Translations under genes and position numbers: made by a program
Notes under the pieces: generated by a model
Databases searched by the model: none
Seen by the model: the letters and a program-made list of their open reading frames with translations, nothing else
Told to the model about the DNA's origin: nothing
Part shown: in pieces, positions 37,607-46,509 of the stretch
How the letters are laid out: each line of letters opens with the position of its first letter
Position numbering within the stretch: position 1 is the first letter of the stretch
Source of the DNA: Bacilli bacterium
Lineage (GTDB): Bacteria; Bacillota_I; Bacilli_A; RF39; UBA660
DNA: 51,736 nt
Reading direction: 5' to 3'
Assembly: GCA_017432665.1 (NCBI GenBank)
Contig: JAFRIS010000019.1
Location: 1-51,736 of the forward strand

Positions 37607-37634
37607 CTAATCACCCATTTCTGATTTCTTTTTT

Positions 37635-37643
37635 ATTGTACCA
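37635..37643 (-). promoter_or_regulatory. Extended -10 (TGGTACAAT) for soj-spo0J
   Basis: Minus strand reads TTTAAA, a 17-nt spacer, then TACAAT with TG at the extended position. Confidence 0.5.
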
Positions 37644-37671
37644 AATATTAGTCTTTTTTTAAATGCTTTTA

Positions 37672-37700
37672 GAAAAAAAAGTAGATTTTTATTAATCTAC
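37672..37700 (-). terminator. Intrinsic terminator after noc
   Basis: Minus strand reads GTAGATT-AATAAA-AATCTAC followed by 8 U. The first arm includes the stop codon. Confidence 0.8.
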
Positions 37701-38957
37701 TTTATCCTCAGTTTTATCAATCTTTATAATCATCTGATATGACTTTTCAAAGTCCATTTCATCAGCTGTTACTTTTATACCATGAGCCTTTAAATCTTCT
37801 ACTAAATCTTTAATCTTCTTTGATGCTTCATCTATTGTATATGTTTCAGTATCTTTTTCTTCTTGATTTATGATACTGGGAGGTAATTCAATTGATGATA
37901 AATCAGAAGTATTAAAATAATCAGATACTTTATCTTCATCTTCATCCATAGAATCAGTCTTTACTATTTTTTCTGCTGGAGTAATAAATTCATTAGCAGG
38001 AATTGAAGATGTCGGATTACCTAAATTTAATAAACTATCTAAAGCATTACCACTACTCTCTGGTTTTATATCATTACTTTTTTCCTTTATCGCATTAACA
38101 TCTACAGATGTTACAGATGGTGGAATAACTGCTGGTATTTGTTTTTCTTCTTCTTTGTCTATTTCTCCATAATTAACTATTTTTGCATTTGGCATTTCTT
38201 CACCCTCTGGAGGCGCAATAGTTACCTTTCCATAATTTGATTGATCCTCTTGCACTTCTGCAGTAGGAATTAAGGGATTATCATTAACAAAAGCTCCTAC
38301 TGAAGCAACCACTTCTTCTTTCTTCTCTTCTGGTTTTGGTGTTGTCTTACCTAACATACCTTTTATTTCATCTTCTAGGCTTCTAACACTCATTTTATTA
38401 TCAATGACTTTCTTAGCCATTTCTTTTTGTTTTTCAGGATCTTCTATATTTAGTAAAGCCCTAGCATGTCTTTCTGATAACTCTTCTTTTAATAAATACT
38501 CTTGTATTTCATCTGGTAAAGAAAGCAACCTTAGTTTATTAGATACTGCAGATTGACTTTTTCCCATTGTTCTAGCCAATTCATCTTGAGTCATTTGATC
38601 AATTTCTAGAATTTTTTGATATGTTCTTGCTTCTTCTATAGGATTTAGATTCTTTCTTTGAAGGTTTTCAAGTAAAGCTACTTTTGAACTTTCTTTATCA
38701 TCTAAATCTCTAATAATAGCAGGGATTTTAGTAAGACCAGCTAAAGCTGAAGCTTTATATCTTCTTTCACCAGCTATTATCTCATATTTGCCATTAACAC
38801 TTCGTACAATTATTGGTTGTATTACACCATGTTCTTTAATAGATACCGCTAATTCTTTTAAGGCTCTTTCATCAAATACTTCTCTGGGTTGAAACCTATT
38901 TGGAATAATGTCATCTAAGTATAATTGTACAACTTCGTCTTTAGTATCTGGATACAT
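37692..38957 (-). CDS. noc: ParB-family nucleoid occlusion protein (Noc-like) with a long low-complexity insertion
   Basis: IIPNRFQPREVFDE and IIAGERRYKASA, with the Noc-type C-terminus GIKVTADEMDFEKSYQMIIKIDK (compare B. subtilis GVKLNTEEEEFEEYIQLTIRIPK). The start is set at ATG 38957 behind GAGAGGGGA. Confidence 0.8.
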   Translation of the reverse strand: MYPDTKDEVVQLYLDDIIPNRFQPREVFDERALKELAVSIKEHGVIQPIIVRSVNGKYEIIAGERRYKASALAGLTKIPAIIRDLDDKESSKVALLENLQRKNLNPIEEARTYQKILEIDQMTQDELARTMGKSQSAVSNKLRLLSLPDEIQEYLLKEELSERHARALLNIEDPEKQKEMAKKVIDNKMSVRSLEDEIKGMLGKTTPKPEEKKEEVVASVGAFVNDNPLIPTAEVQEDQSNYGKVTIAPPEGEEMPNAKIVNYGEIDKEEEKQIPAVIPPSVTSVDVNAIKEKSNDIKPESSGNALDSLLNLGNPTSSIPANEFITPAEKIVKTDSMDEDEDKVSDYFNTSDLSSIELPPSIINQEEKDTETYTIDEASKKIKDLVEDLKAHGIKVTADEMDFEKSYQMIIKIDKTEDKVD

Positions 38958-38987
38958 ATTATTCCCCTCTCTATATTCTCTATTAGC

Positions 38988-39016
38988 ATTATACTTGATT
39001 TTACTATTTATTTCAA
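38988..39016 (-). promoter_or_regulatory. Sigma-A-type promoter of noc
   Basis: Minus strand reads TTGAAA, a 17-nt spacer, then TATAAT. Confidence 0.7.
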
Positions 39017-39023
39017 CTAAAAA

Positions 39024-39055
39024 CAAAAAAAGAAATTACATTTTTTGTAATCTCT
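39024..39055 (-). terminator. Intrinsic terminator of the 534-aa/98-aa cassette
   Basis: Minus strand reads AGAGATTACA-AAAAA-TGTAATTTCT (10 bp with one G-U pair) followed by 7 U. Confidence 0.85.
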
Positions 39056-39059
39056 TTTA

Positions 39060-39356
39060 TTACTTATTATCTTTGTTTTCTAATATTTCAGTTATTTTAT
39101 CAACTAAATCACATAAAGATGTTTGAATAGAACTTGCATAAACTACAACTGCTTCTACAAAATCTTCTTCTGATTCTTTATTTTTTTGTCCTTCTAAGAC
39201 ATCTTTTGTAATAATCATTTCATTTGCGCAACCGAGTTCAATACACATAGCATTAGTTAAACCAGTTATTATTTTTAGTTGTTCTAAGGCTATTTCTTTT
39301 TTTTCTTTTAATGAATTTTCTTTAAATTGTTCCATATATTGATTAAATTCTTTCAT
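39060..39356 (-). CDS. Hypothetical 98-aa acidic helical protein
   Basis: ATG at 39356 behind AGGTGA, 10 nt after the stop of the upstream gene. I recognise no motif. It has 3 Cys and no TM helix. Confidence 0.5.
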   Translation of the reverse strand: MKEFNQYMEQFKENSLKEKKEIALEQLKIITGLTNAMCIELGCANEMIITKDVLEGQKNKESEEDFVEAVVVYASSIQTSLCDLVDKITEILENKDNK

Positions 39357-39365
39357 ATTTTTCAC

Positions 39366-40970
39366 CTATTTAAACATTCCTTTTAATTCTTCTTGTTCTG
39401 ATTTTGATAATTCTGCTTTATCCATTAGCATTAAATATCTTGCCCATTTCCCAGTAACTTTGGCCATAGCTTTTTGAACTTCAGATAATCCATATACTTT
39501 TTTCTTAGCACTTGCTTTGGCATCATGTGTTGCTTGAAGTTCTTTTCCTTTTCCTTGTAAATCAAATTCCTGTTCTAACTTAGCCCAAGGTGAAAATCTT
39601 GCGTGTTCTCCCAAAAAATCATTACAAATAGCTACTAGTTTTTTTTCCATTTCTTTATTTCGTTTTTCCTTGTCAGGTCCTGTTAAATCATACATAGATT
39701 TTTCCTTATTATGTTCTTCTAATCTTCCTAATATTACATTTGCAAAACAAATTTGTAGCTTTTCTAATCTTTCTGATTTATTCTGATGATAATTTTCTGG
39801 TAAAGAAGATTCTGAATAATATTTTTCTTCTTTTGCTTTTATTCCGCGATATAAAATTGCTATATCTTCAACAGACATTAATCTTGTTGCAATATGAACT
39901 CTCTTCCTATAATTATCTATTTCACCGTTTTTATCATAACTATTTAAAAGTTTTTGACTTACTATCTTATTTATTGTGTTTTTTATTAGTTCTGGAGAAG
40001 CTATACTGGCTCCAAAATTTAGTACATAATCTTCATTTTTCTTTATTACAGAATCAACATTTCTTTTTTGTTCTGCACTTAAATTTCCATAGTATGCCAT
40101 AAATCTAGCATATGCTTGTTGGTATTTTGCTAAACTGTTTTTTATTCCTATTCTTTGAAACAATTCTGGATTTTTACCAGGTTCACTATATAATAACTCT
40201 CTAACTATCACATCAACAGTTAATAATCCCATATTCATAATATCAGTAGCTTGAATATTTTCTCTATTAGAATAATTCTCTATTTGTAATCCTCTATCTA
40301 AAACAGTTGCTGTATAGTAATATCCTGACTTAGAAAGTTCTGGATATACTTCACAAATCAGTTTTTTTTCATCATCAGTTAATCCCCATAATGTTGCTTT
40401 TTTATGAATGTGTTCTTCAATTATCTTATCTACTTCTTTTTTCTTTTCTTCTGGTGTTTGCTTTTTTAGTGGTTCTGAATTTATTACTTTTTTTTGTTTT
40501 GCATCTTCTGTTTTTTTCTGTTCATAAGCTTCTGTTATTTCTTTTGATCTTTCCCTATTTAGATTTTCAATTTGTATTTTAGCAGAGATATAACTATTCA
40601 TAGCTGATTTTAAAGTTCCAAATGTGTCATTTGCAATTCTATCTACAATTTTTTCGTGTTTTTCTCTATCCATCCTTACCATAAAAAGTTTTTGATGTTG
40701 CTTCAATATATCGCTAACCATTTCATAAGAAGGGGTTCTTGGTCTTTTATATTTTTCTACTTCTGTTATTATCTTATTTCTTATAATTCTTGCTTGTTGA
40801 TTGTCTACCTTACTCATTTGAGTTATTTTTGAACTTATTTTTTCTCTTTGTTTTTCTTTATCGAATTTTAATAAAGCTACACATGTTCTTATAATTAACA
40901 TGGCTAATTGCTTTTCTTTATCATATTTGGCGTATTCTTTATTGTAAAATTCATCACCTTTATACATATA
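39366..40970 (-). CDS. Hypothetical 534-aa Lys/Glu-rich cytoplasmic protein
   Basis: ATG at 40970 behind GAGGTGG (MYKGDEFYNKEYAKYDKEKQ...). It is a long uninterrupted ORF in AT-rich DNA with no TM helix, no signal peptide and no motif I recognise. Confidence 0.55.
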   Translation of the reverse strand, partial: YMYKGDEFYNKEYAKYDKEKQLAMLIIRTCVALLKFDKEKQREKISSKITQMSKVDNQQARIIRNKIITEVEKYKRPRTPSYEMVSDILKQHQKLFMVRMDREKHEKIVDRIANDTFGTLKSAMNSYISAKIQIENLNRERSKEITEAYEQKKTEDAKQKKVINSEPLKKQTPEEKKKEVDKIIEEHIHKKATLWGLTDDEKKLICEVYPELSKSGYYYTATVLDRGLQIENYSNRENIQATDIMNMGLLTVDVIVRELLYSEPGKNPELFQRIGIKNSLAKYQQAYARFMAYYGNLSAEQKRNVDSVIKKNEDYVLNFGASIASPELIKNTINKIVSQKLLNSYDKNGEIDNYRKRVHIATRLMSVEDIAILYRGIKAKEEKYYSESSLPENYHQNKSERLEKLQICFANVILGRLEEHNKEKSMYDLTGPDKEKRNKEMEKKLVAICNDFLGEHARFSPWAKLEQEFDLQGKGKELQATHDAKASAKKKVYGLSEVQKAMAKVTGKWARYLMLMDKAELSKSEQEELKGMFK

Positions 40971-40986
40971 AACCACCTCTATTATG

Positions 40987-40995
40987 ATTATAGCA
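40987..40995 (-). promoter_or_regulatory. Extended -10 (TGCTATAAT) for the 534-aa/98-aa cassette
   Basis: Exact TGCTATAAT on the minus strand, in the 57-nt gap after the rsmG stop. Confidence 0.6.
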
Positions 40996-41027
40996 TTATT
41001 TTCTTTTGATACAAAGAAAAACAAGTA

Positions 41028-41681
41028 TTAAATTACTTGTTTATGTTTCATTACCACTAAACTTCTTTTACTAGTTTCTTTTGGTAGTAAAAACTTATCT
41101 ATTTTAATAATTTTGTACTTTTTATTAAGTTTTTTTTCTACTTCTGGAGTTAATTCATTATCAATATCACCTTTCATAGCAACAAAAACTCCATCTTTAG
41201 AAACTAAATGCATAGTATAATTAACCAATTTCTCAATATTAGCAACTGCTCGTGAAGTAACTACATCAAAACTTCCTTTAAAATCTTCTCCCCTAACATG
41301 AATTGCTTCTATATTAGATAAATTCAATTCTTTTATCACTTCATTTAAGTAATTAATTCTCTTTTGTAGAGAATCTACTAAAGTTATTTTTAAATTTGGA
41401 AAAGCAATTTTTAAAACTATTCCTGGAAAACCTGCTCCTGTACCGATATCACATAAAGTTTTAGTATTCTTTAAATCAACTACTTTATTTAATGTGAGAC
41501 TATCATAAAAATGCTTTAAATAAACTTCTTCTTTATCAACAATTCTAGTTAAATTAATTTTTTGATTCCATTCAACTAACAATTTGTAAAAGAGTTCTAA
41601 TTGTTCTAATTGTTCATCTGTTAATGATATGTTTATTTTTTCTAATTCTATTAAAAATTCTTCTCTAGTCATTTTTACCAT
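41028..41681 (-). CDS. rsmG: 16S rRNA (guanine527-N7)-methyltransferase RsmG/GidB
   Basis: WNQKINLTRI and DIGTGAGFPGIVLKI. An alternative ATG at 41672 overlaps the mnmG stop. Confidence 0.92.
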   Translation of the reverse strand: MVKMTREEFLIELEKINISLTDEQLEQLELFYKLLVEWNQKINLTRIVDKEEVYLKHFYDSLTLNKVVDLKNTKTLCDIGTGAGFPGIVLKIAFPNLKITLVDSLQKRINYLNEVIKELNLSNIEAIHVRGEDFKGSFDVVTSRAVANIEKLVNYTMHLVSKDGVFVAMKGDIDNELTPEVEKKLNKKYKIIKIDKFLLPKETSKRSLVVMKHKQVI

Positions 41682-43533
41682 ACTCTTTCTTTAAATATAC
41701 TGACAGTATTGAGATATCAGCAGGATTTACTCCACTAATTCTAATAGCTTGAGCTATTGTAGTTGGGCGTACTTCTTTTAATTTTTGACGTGCTTCACTA
41801 GCAATATTCTTAATTTTATCGTAATCAATATCTGTTGGTATCTTTTTCTTTTCTAATTTCAACATTTTTTCTGCTTCTTTATAAGCTTTTTTTATGTATC
41901 CATCATATTTTAATTTTATTTCTAATTGCTCTTTTATTTCTTTATTAAATGGTATTTCTATCATTTTCTCTAGAAATTCAATAGTTATTTCTGGTCTTTT
42001 TAATAAACTTTCTACTGACATTGTACTCGTAGGAATAGATTTGTTGTTTTCTTTAAATACTTTTGCAATATCTTTAGTTATTTTTATTTTGTTTTCTCTA
42101 CTCCACTCTGTTATTTCATCAATCTTGTTTTCTTTATCTTTAAGTTTTTTTATTCTTTCTTCATCTATTAGGCCTACTTGATATCCATAATTTCTAAGTC
42201 TTAAATCAGCGTTATCACTTCTTAGTAATAATCTAAATTCTGCTCTGCTTGTGAGTAATCTATATGGATCTCTTATTCCTTTAGTAATTAAATCATCTAT
42301 TAATACTCCAATATATGCTTCATTTCTTTTTAATACTAGAGGTTCTTTTCCTTCTAATTTCAAACTAGCATTTATACCAGCCATTAAACCTTGACAAGCA
42401 GCTTCTTCATAACCACTTGTTCCATTGATTTGACCTGCTGTATATAAGTTTTCTATTATTTTTGTCTCTAATGATGCATGTAATTGTGTTGGATATATTG
42501 CATCATATTCAATAGCATAACCATATTTTAATATTTTAGCATTTTCAAATCCTGGTAAGCTATGAACCATTTTTTCTTGTACTTCTGGTGGCATAGATGT
42601 TGAAAATCCTTGAAGATACATATCATCATAGAATCTACTTTCTGGTTCTATAAATAATTGATGTCTTTCTTTATCTTTGAATCTTACTACTTTATCTTCA
42701 ATTGATGGGCAATATCTAGGACCTATACCTTCAATATCATCTAAAGCACCATACATACTTGATTTATTTAAATTATCCATAATTATTTTATGAGTTTCTG
42801 GAGTTGTATAAGTTAAGTGACATGGAATTTGATCTTCTATCTTATATTGTGGTTCTAAATCATAACTAAATGTTAAATACTCATCATCTCCTGGTTCTAT
42901 TTTAACCTTTGAAAAATCGATGCTTTTTCTATCTATTCTTTGAGGAGTACCTGTCTTTAGTCTTATTATTTCAAATCCATAATCTTTTAGTTTATCACTT
43001 AAATGTAGTGAAGGTTTTTCTCCATGTGGTCCTTGTCTAGTTCTAGTATCACCTACTAAAATATCTGCTTTTAAATATGTTCCTGTTGTTAATATTACTA
43101 TTTTAGACTCGATTTTTTCACCATTTTCAAGAATTACTCCACATACTTTGTTATTTTCTACTATTAAATCTTCTACCATTGCCTCTTTAATAGTTAAGTT
43201 TTCTAATGAATTTAATTCTTTTAACATTTCCTTTGGATAAGTTGTTTTATCGGCTTGGGCTCTTAAAGATTGAACCGCTGGGCCTTTAGCCTTGTTTAGC
43301 ATTTTTATTTGAAGATGTGTTTTATCAGCTACTTTTCCCATTATTCCACCTAAAGCATCTATTTCTCTAACTACGATACCTTTGGCACTTCCACCAATGT
43401 GTGGATTACATGGCATATCAGCTATATTTTTAATATTTGCAGTAATTAAAAGTGTTTTATGACCTTTTATAGATGTTGCACGAGCTGCTTCTATTCCAGC
43501 ATGACCTCCACCTACTACAATAATTTCATACAT
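41665..43533 (-). CDS. mnmG: tRNA uridine 5-carboxymethylaminomethyl modification enzyme MnmG/GidA
   Basis: MYEIIVVGGGHAGIEAA, an FAD-binding fold. The start is set at ATG 43533 behind AGAGGTGAG. Confidence 0.95.
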   Translation of the reverse strand: MYEIIVVGGGHAGIEAARATSIKGHKTLLITANIKNIADMPCNPHIGGSAKGIVVREIDALGGIMGKVADKTHLQIKMLNKAKGPAVQSLRAQADKTTYPKEMLKELNSLENLTIKEAMVEDLIVENNKVCGVILENGEKIESKIVILTTGTYLKADILVGDTRTRQGPHGEKPSLHLSDKLKDYGFEIIRLKTGTPQRIDRKSIDFSKVKIEPGDDEYLTFSYDLEPQYKIEDQIPCHLTYTTPETHKIIMDNLNKSSMYGALDDIEGIGPRYCPSIEDKVVRFKDKERHQLFIEPESRFYDDMYLQGFSTSMPPEVQEKMVHSLPGFENAKILKYGYAIEYDAIYPTQLHASLETKIIENLYTAGQINGTSGYEEAACQGLMAGINASLKLEGKEPLVLKRNEAYIGVLIDDLITKGIRDPYRLLTSRAEFRLLLRSDNADLRLRNYGYQVGLIDEERIKKLKDKENKIDEITEWSRENKIKITKDIAKVFKENNKSIPTSTMSVESLLKRPEITIEFLEKMIEIPFNKEIKEQLEIKLKYDGYIKKAYKEAEKMLKLEKKKIPTDIDYDKIKNIASEARQKLKEVRPTTIAQAIRISGVNPADISILSVYLKKEYGKND

Positions 43534-43547
43534 TTTCTCACCTCTTT

Positions 43548-44912
43548 TTATTTTCCAAGACAAAATCTAGAAAACATTTCATCAAGTAATTCTTCTTCAT
43601 ATGTTGAACCATTTATTTTACCTAATTCTTCCCAAATACTTTTAATATCTAATTCGATCATATCTATTGGTAAATTATCTTTTAAAGATTTCTCTATTTC
43701 TTCTACCTTTTTTAAGCATTTCTTTAGAATACTAATACTTCTAGCATTGCTTAAATATGTTGGATCCTTTGACTCTATTCCATCAATATTAAATAATTCA
43801 ATAATCTTATTCTTTAATTCTTCTATTCCTTCATTGTTAATAATGCTTAAATTAATAATTTTGTCTTCATCAACCATTAAATCTTCCCTATTGAATTTTG
43901 ATTTTAAATCATTTTTGTTAATTAAGACTAAATAATGCTTATTTTTTAATTTACTTAGTAATTCTTTTATGTCATCAGTTAATTCTTCATTATTATTAAT
44001 CATAAATAGGATTAAGTCAGAATCTTCCATTGTTTTTATACTTTTTTCTACTCCAATTGACTCTATTTTATCTTCTGTTTCTCTAATACCTGCGGTATCT
44101 ATCATATGAAGTAGAATTCCATTAATACTAATTTCTCCTTCAACAATGTCTCTTGTAGTACCTGCTATATCAGTAACAATTGCTTTATCTTCTTGTAATA
44201 AAGCATTTAGAAGTGAACTTTTACCAACATTTGGTCTTCCTATTATTGAAGTTTTTATACCCTCTTTAATTATTTTTCCATTTTCTGATTCTTTTAATAT
44301 TTTAGTTGTTTTTTCTTTTAAATTAGTTATTTTTGGTATTAATATCTCATTAGTTATAATATCAACATCATCATATTCTGGATAATCAATATTTACGTTG
44401 ATATTACTAATGATTTGAACCATATCACTTCTTAATTCATTGATTAATCCAGATGTTTTACCATCTATCTGATTAATAGCCATTTTTCTTTGTACATCAG
44501 TCTTAGCATCAATCATATCCATTACTGCTTCTGCTTCTAAAAGATCAATTCTACCATTTAAAAAAGCTCTTTTAGTAAATTCTCCTGGTTCTGCTAAACG
44601 ACAACCTTTTTCTAGTAACAATTCCAAGACTTTATTTGTAGGAGCAATACCACCATGAGTATTTATCTCTACTACATCTTCAGTTGTAAATGTATGTGGT
44701 GATTTCATTACTGAAACTAAAACTTCATCAATGACATTATCATTCTCATCAACAATATGACCGTAATTAATTGTATGAGTCTTTACATTAGTCAAATCTT
44801 TACCTTTGAAAATTTTATTTACTATTTCAATGGCATCTTCTCCACTAGCTCTAACAATAGAAATTGCTCCTAGTCCTCCAGCGGTAGATATTGCACAAAT
44901 TGTATCATTCAT
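43548..44912 (-). CDS. mnmE: tRNA modification GTPase MnmE/TrmE
   Basis: MNDTICAISTAGGLGAISIVRASG, G1 motif GRPNVGKSSLLNAL and C-terminal FCLGK. Confidence 0.95.
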   Translation of the reverse strand: MNDTICAISTAGGLGAISIVRASGEDAIEIVNKIFKGKDLTNVKTHTINYGHIVDENDNVIDEVLVSVMKSPHTFTTEDVVEINTHGGIAPTNKVLELLLEKGCRLAEPGEFTKRAFLNGRIDLLEAEAVMDMIDAKTDVQRKMAINQIDGKTSGLINELRSDMVQIISNINVNIDYPEYDDVDIITNEILIPKITNLKEKTTKILKESENGKIIKEGIKTSIIGRPNVGKSSLLNALLQEDKAIVTDIAGTTRDIVEGEISINGILLHMIDTAGIRETEDKIESIGVEKSIKTMEDSDLILFMINNNEELTDDIKELLSKLKNKHYLVLINKNDLKSKFNREDLMVDEDKIINLSIINNEGIEELKNKIIELFNIDGIESKDPTYLSNARSISILKKCLKKVEEIEKSLKDNLPIDMIELDIKSIWEELGKINGSTYEEELLDEMFSRFCLGK

Positions 44913-44937
44913 GGTATCCCTCCTTTTTCCTGTACGT

Positions 44938-44946
44938 ATTATAGCA
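44938..44946 (-). promoter_or_regulatory. Extended -10 (TGCTATAAT) for mnmE-mnmG-rsmG
   Basis: Exact TGCTATAAT on the minus strand, upstream of the AAGGAGGGA SD. Confidence 0.6.
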
Positions 44947-44954
44947 TATTATTA

Positions 44955-44981
44955 ATAAAAAAAGAAGAATTATGCTTCTTC
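44955..44981 (-). terminator. Candidate terminator after jag
   Basis: Minus strand reads GAAGAA-GCATAA-TTCTTC followed by 7 U. The stem is short and overlaps the last codons. Confidence 0.5.
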
Positions 44982-45587
44982 TTTTGGTTTAATTACAACA
45001 TAACGATTAGGTTCTTCTCCTTCGCTTTCTGTATATACCTTTTTGTTATTTGTAAGAATATTATGAATAATTCTTCTTTCATAAGAATTCATAGGATCTA
45101 ATTTAGCTTCCACTTTAGTTTGACCTACTTCTCTAGCTATTCTTTTGGCAAGTCTTTCTAATGAATGTTCTCTTTTTTCTTTATATTCATTAACATCAAT
45201 AACAAATTTATAATTTCTACCCAATTCTTTGTTTAAATATCCACTTACTACTAGAGATAAAGCTTTTAAATTTTTACCATTTTTACCAATTAATAAGGCA
45301 TCATTATCAGAGAAAATAATATATTTTGGAACTTCTTCTTTATTTTTTACTTCAATATTTACAGAATATCCCATATTCTTTAATAATTTTACTAAATAGT
45401 CTTTAATATCTTTTACTACTTCTCTTTTTTCAATTACTTCTATTTCTACTTTTTTACTCTTAAATAATCCACCTTTTGTTGTTTCTACTTCTCTTATGAA
45501 TAAGTTTTCTTCAACCTCTTGTAATTCTTCTTTAGCTAATTGAATAGCTTCTTCTTTTGTTTTACCACTAAACTTTCGCTTTTCCAT
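44970..45587 (-). CDS. jag: RNA-binding protein Jag/KhpB (Jag_N, KH, R3H)
   Basis: KFSGKTKEEAIQLAKEEL and the R3H-region NSYERRIIHN. Confidence 0.9.
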   Translation of the reverse strand: MEKRKFSGKTKEEAIQLAKEELQEVEENLFIREVETTKGGLFKSKKVEIEVIEKREVVKDIKDYLVKLLKNMGYSVNIEVKNKEEVPKYIIFSDNDALLIGKNGKNLKALSLVVSGYLNKELGRNYKFVIDVNEYKEKREHSLERLAKRIAREVGQTKVEAKLDPMNSYERRIIHNILTNNKKVYTESEGEEPNRYVVIKPKEEA

Positions 45588-46506
45588 CGTTCTTACTCCT
45601 TCTCACAATATAATTTTGGGCCATCGTAAATAAATTAGATGTAATCCAATATATACCTAAACCTGTTGGCATGAACATTGCAGTTACAATGATCATCACT
45701 GTCATCATAGTTGGCATCATTTTCATTGATGGATCATCAGTATTACTCATTCCACTCATCTTAAATGATAAATATGTTGTTCCAGCAATTAATAACATTA
45801 ATATTATGTAAGAATAGAAAGTTGGATTTCCTATACCTACTGAAGGGGTTGTACCTAATTGTAATCCTAAGAATTTATCTTCAAAGATTACAGGTGTCCT
45901 TTGCACTGCTTCAAAGAATGCTACAAATATTGGTAATTGAATCATAGCAAATAAGCAACCACCCATTGGATTAATATTATATTTCTTATAAATTGCCATC
46001 ATTTCTTGATTTTGTTTAATCATAGATTCTTGATCTTTTTTATTAGCATATTTCTTTTGTAATCTATTTAATTCTGGTTGAGCCTTTTTCATCATCTCAG
46101 ATTGCATAGCAGTTTTCTTAGTAATTGGGTAAGCAATAAATCTAATTATTAAACTAATTATAATTACTGAAATACCATAATTCTTTACTATACTTCCTAA
46201 TACTAATAAGAAAAAAGCTAACGGTTTTACAAAAATAGATGTCCATAAACCTTCATATTTACCAGAAGTTATTTTAAAATTCTTACATTCTGGTAATTTT
46301 TCAATCTTTACTCCATTTTCTTTATATAATTTCCTTGTTTCTTTGTTTGTTGGTTGACATAAGATATTAGCGGTTAATGTTTGACCTGTTGTTTCATTTC
46401 TAACTGCTTTTTTATTTTCATCAGTTAAAGTTTTAGTACAACCAGTAGTTAAAAGTAATAAGAAAAGTATAATTACTATTATTTTTTTTCTATTATTTTT
46501 GTTCAT
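45568..46506 (-). CDS. yidC: Membrane protein insertase YidC/Oxa1, lipoprotein type
   Basis: Lipobox LLLLTTGC, plus PITKKTAMQSEMMKKAQPELNRLQKKY and YWITSNLFTMAQ. Confidence 0.93.
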   Translation of the reverse strand: MNKNNRKKIIVIILFLLLLTTGCTKTLTDENKKAVRNETTGQTLTANILCQPTNKETRKLYKENGVKIEKLPECKNFKITSGKYEGLWTSIFVKPLAFFLLVLGSIVKNYGISVIIISLIIRFIAYPITKKTAMQSEMMKKAQPELNRLQKKYANKKDQESMIKQNQEMMAIYKKYNINPMGGCLFAMIQLPIFVAFFEAVQRTPVIFEDKFLGLQLGTTPSVGIGNPTFYSYIILMLLIAGTTYLSFKMSGMSNTDDPSMKMMPTMMTVMIIVTAMFMPTGLGIYWITSNLFTMAQNYIVRRSKNDGKAKV

Positions 46507-46509
46507 TTC

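Noticed and set aside
39740-40582. Two + strand ORFs (120 aa and 63 aa), L/F-rich, inside the 534-aa hypothetical gene.
   Set aside because: Their Leu/Phe richness is the mirror image of the Lys/Glu-rich sense frame (AAA and GAA read as TTT and TTC on the opposite strand). The - strand ORF is far longer and has an SD and a promoter.
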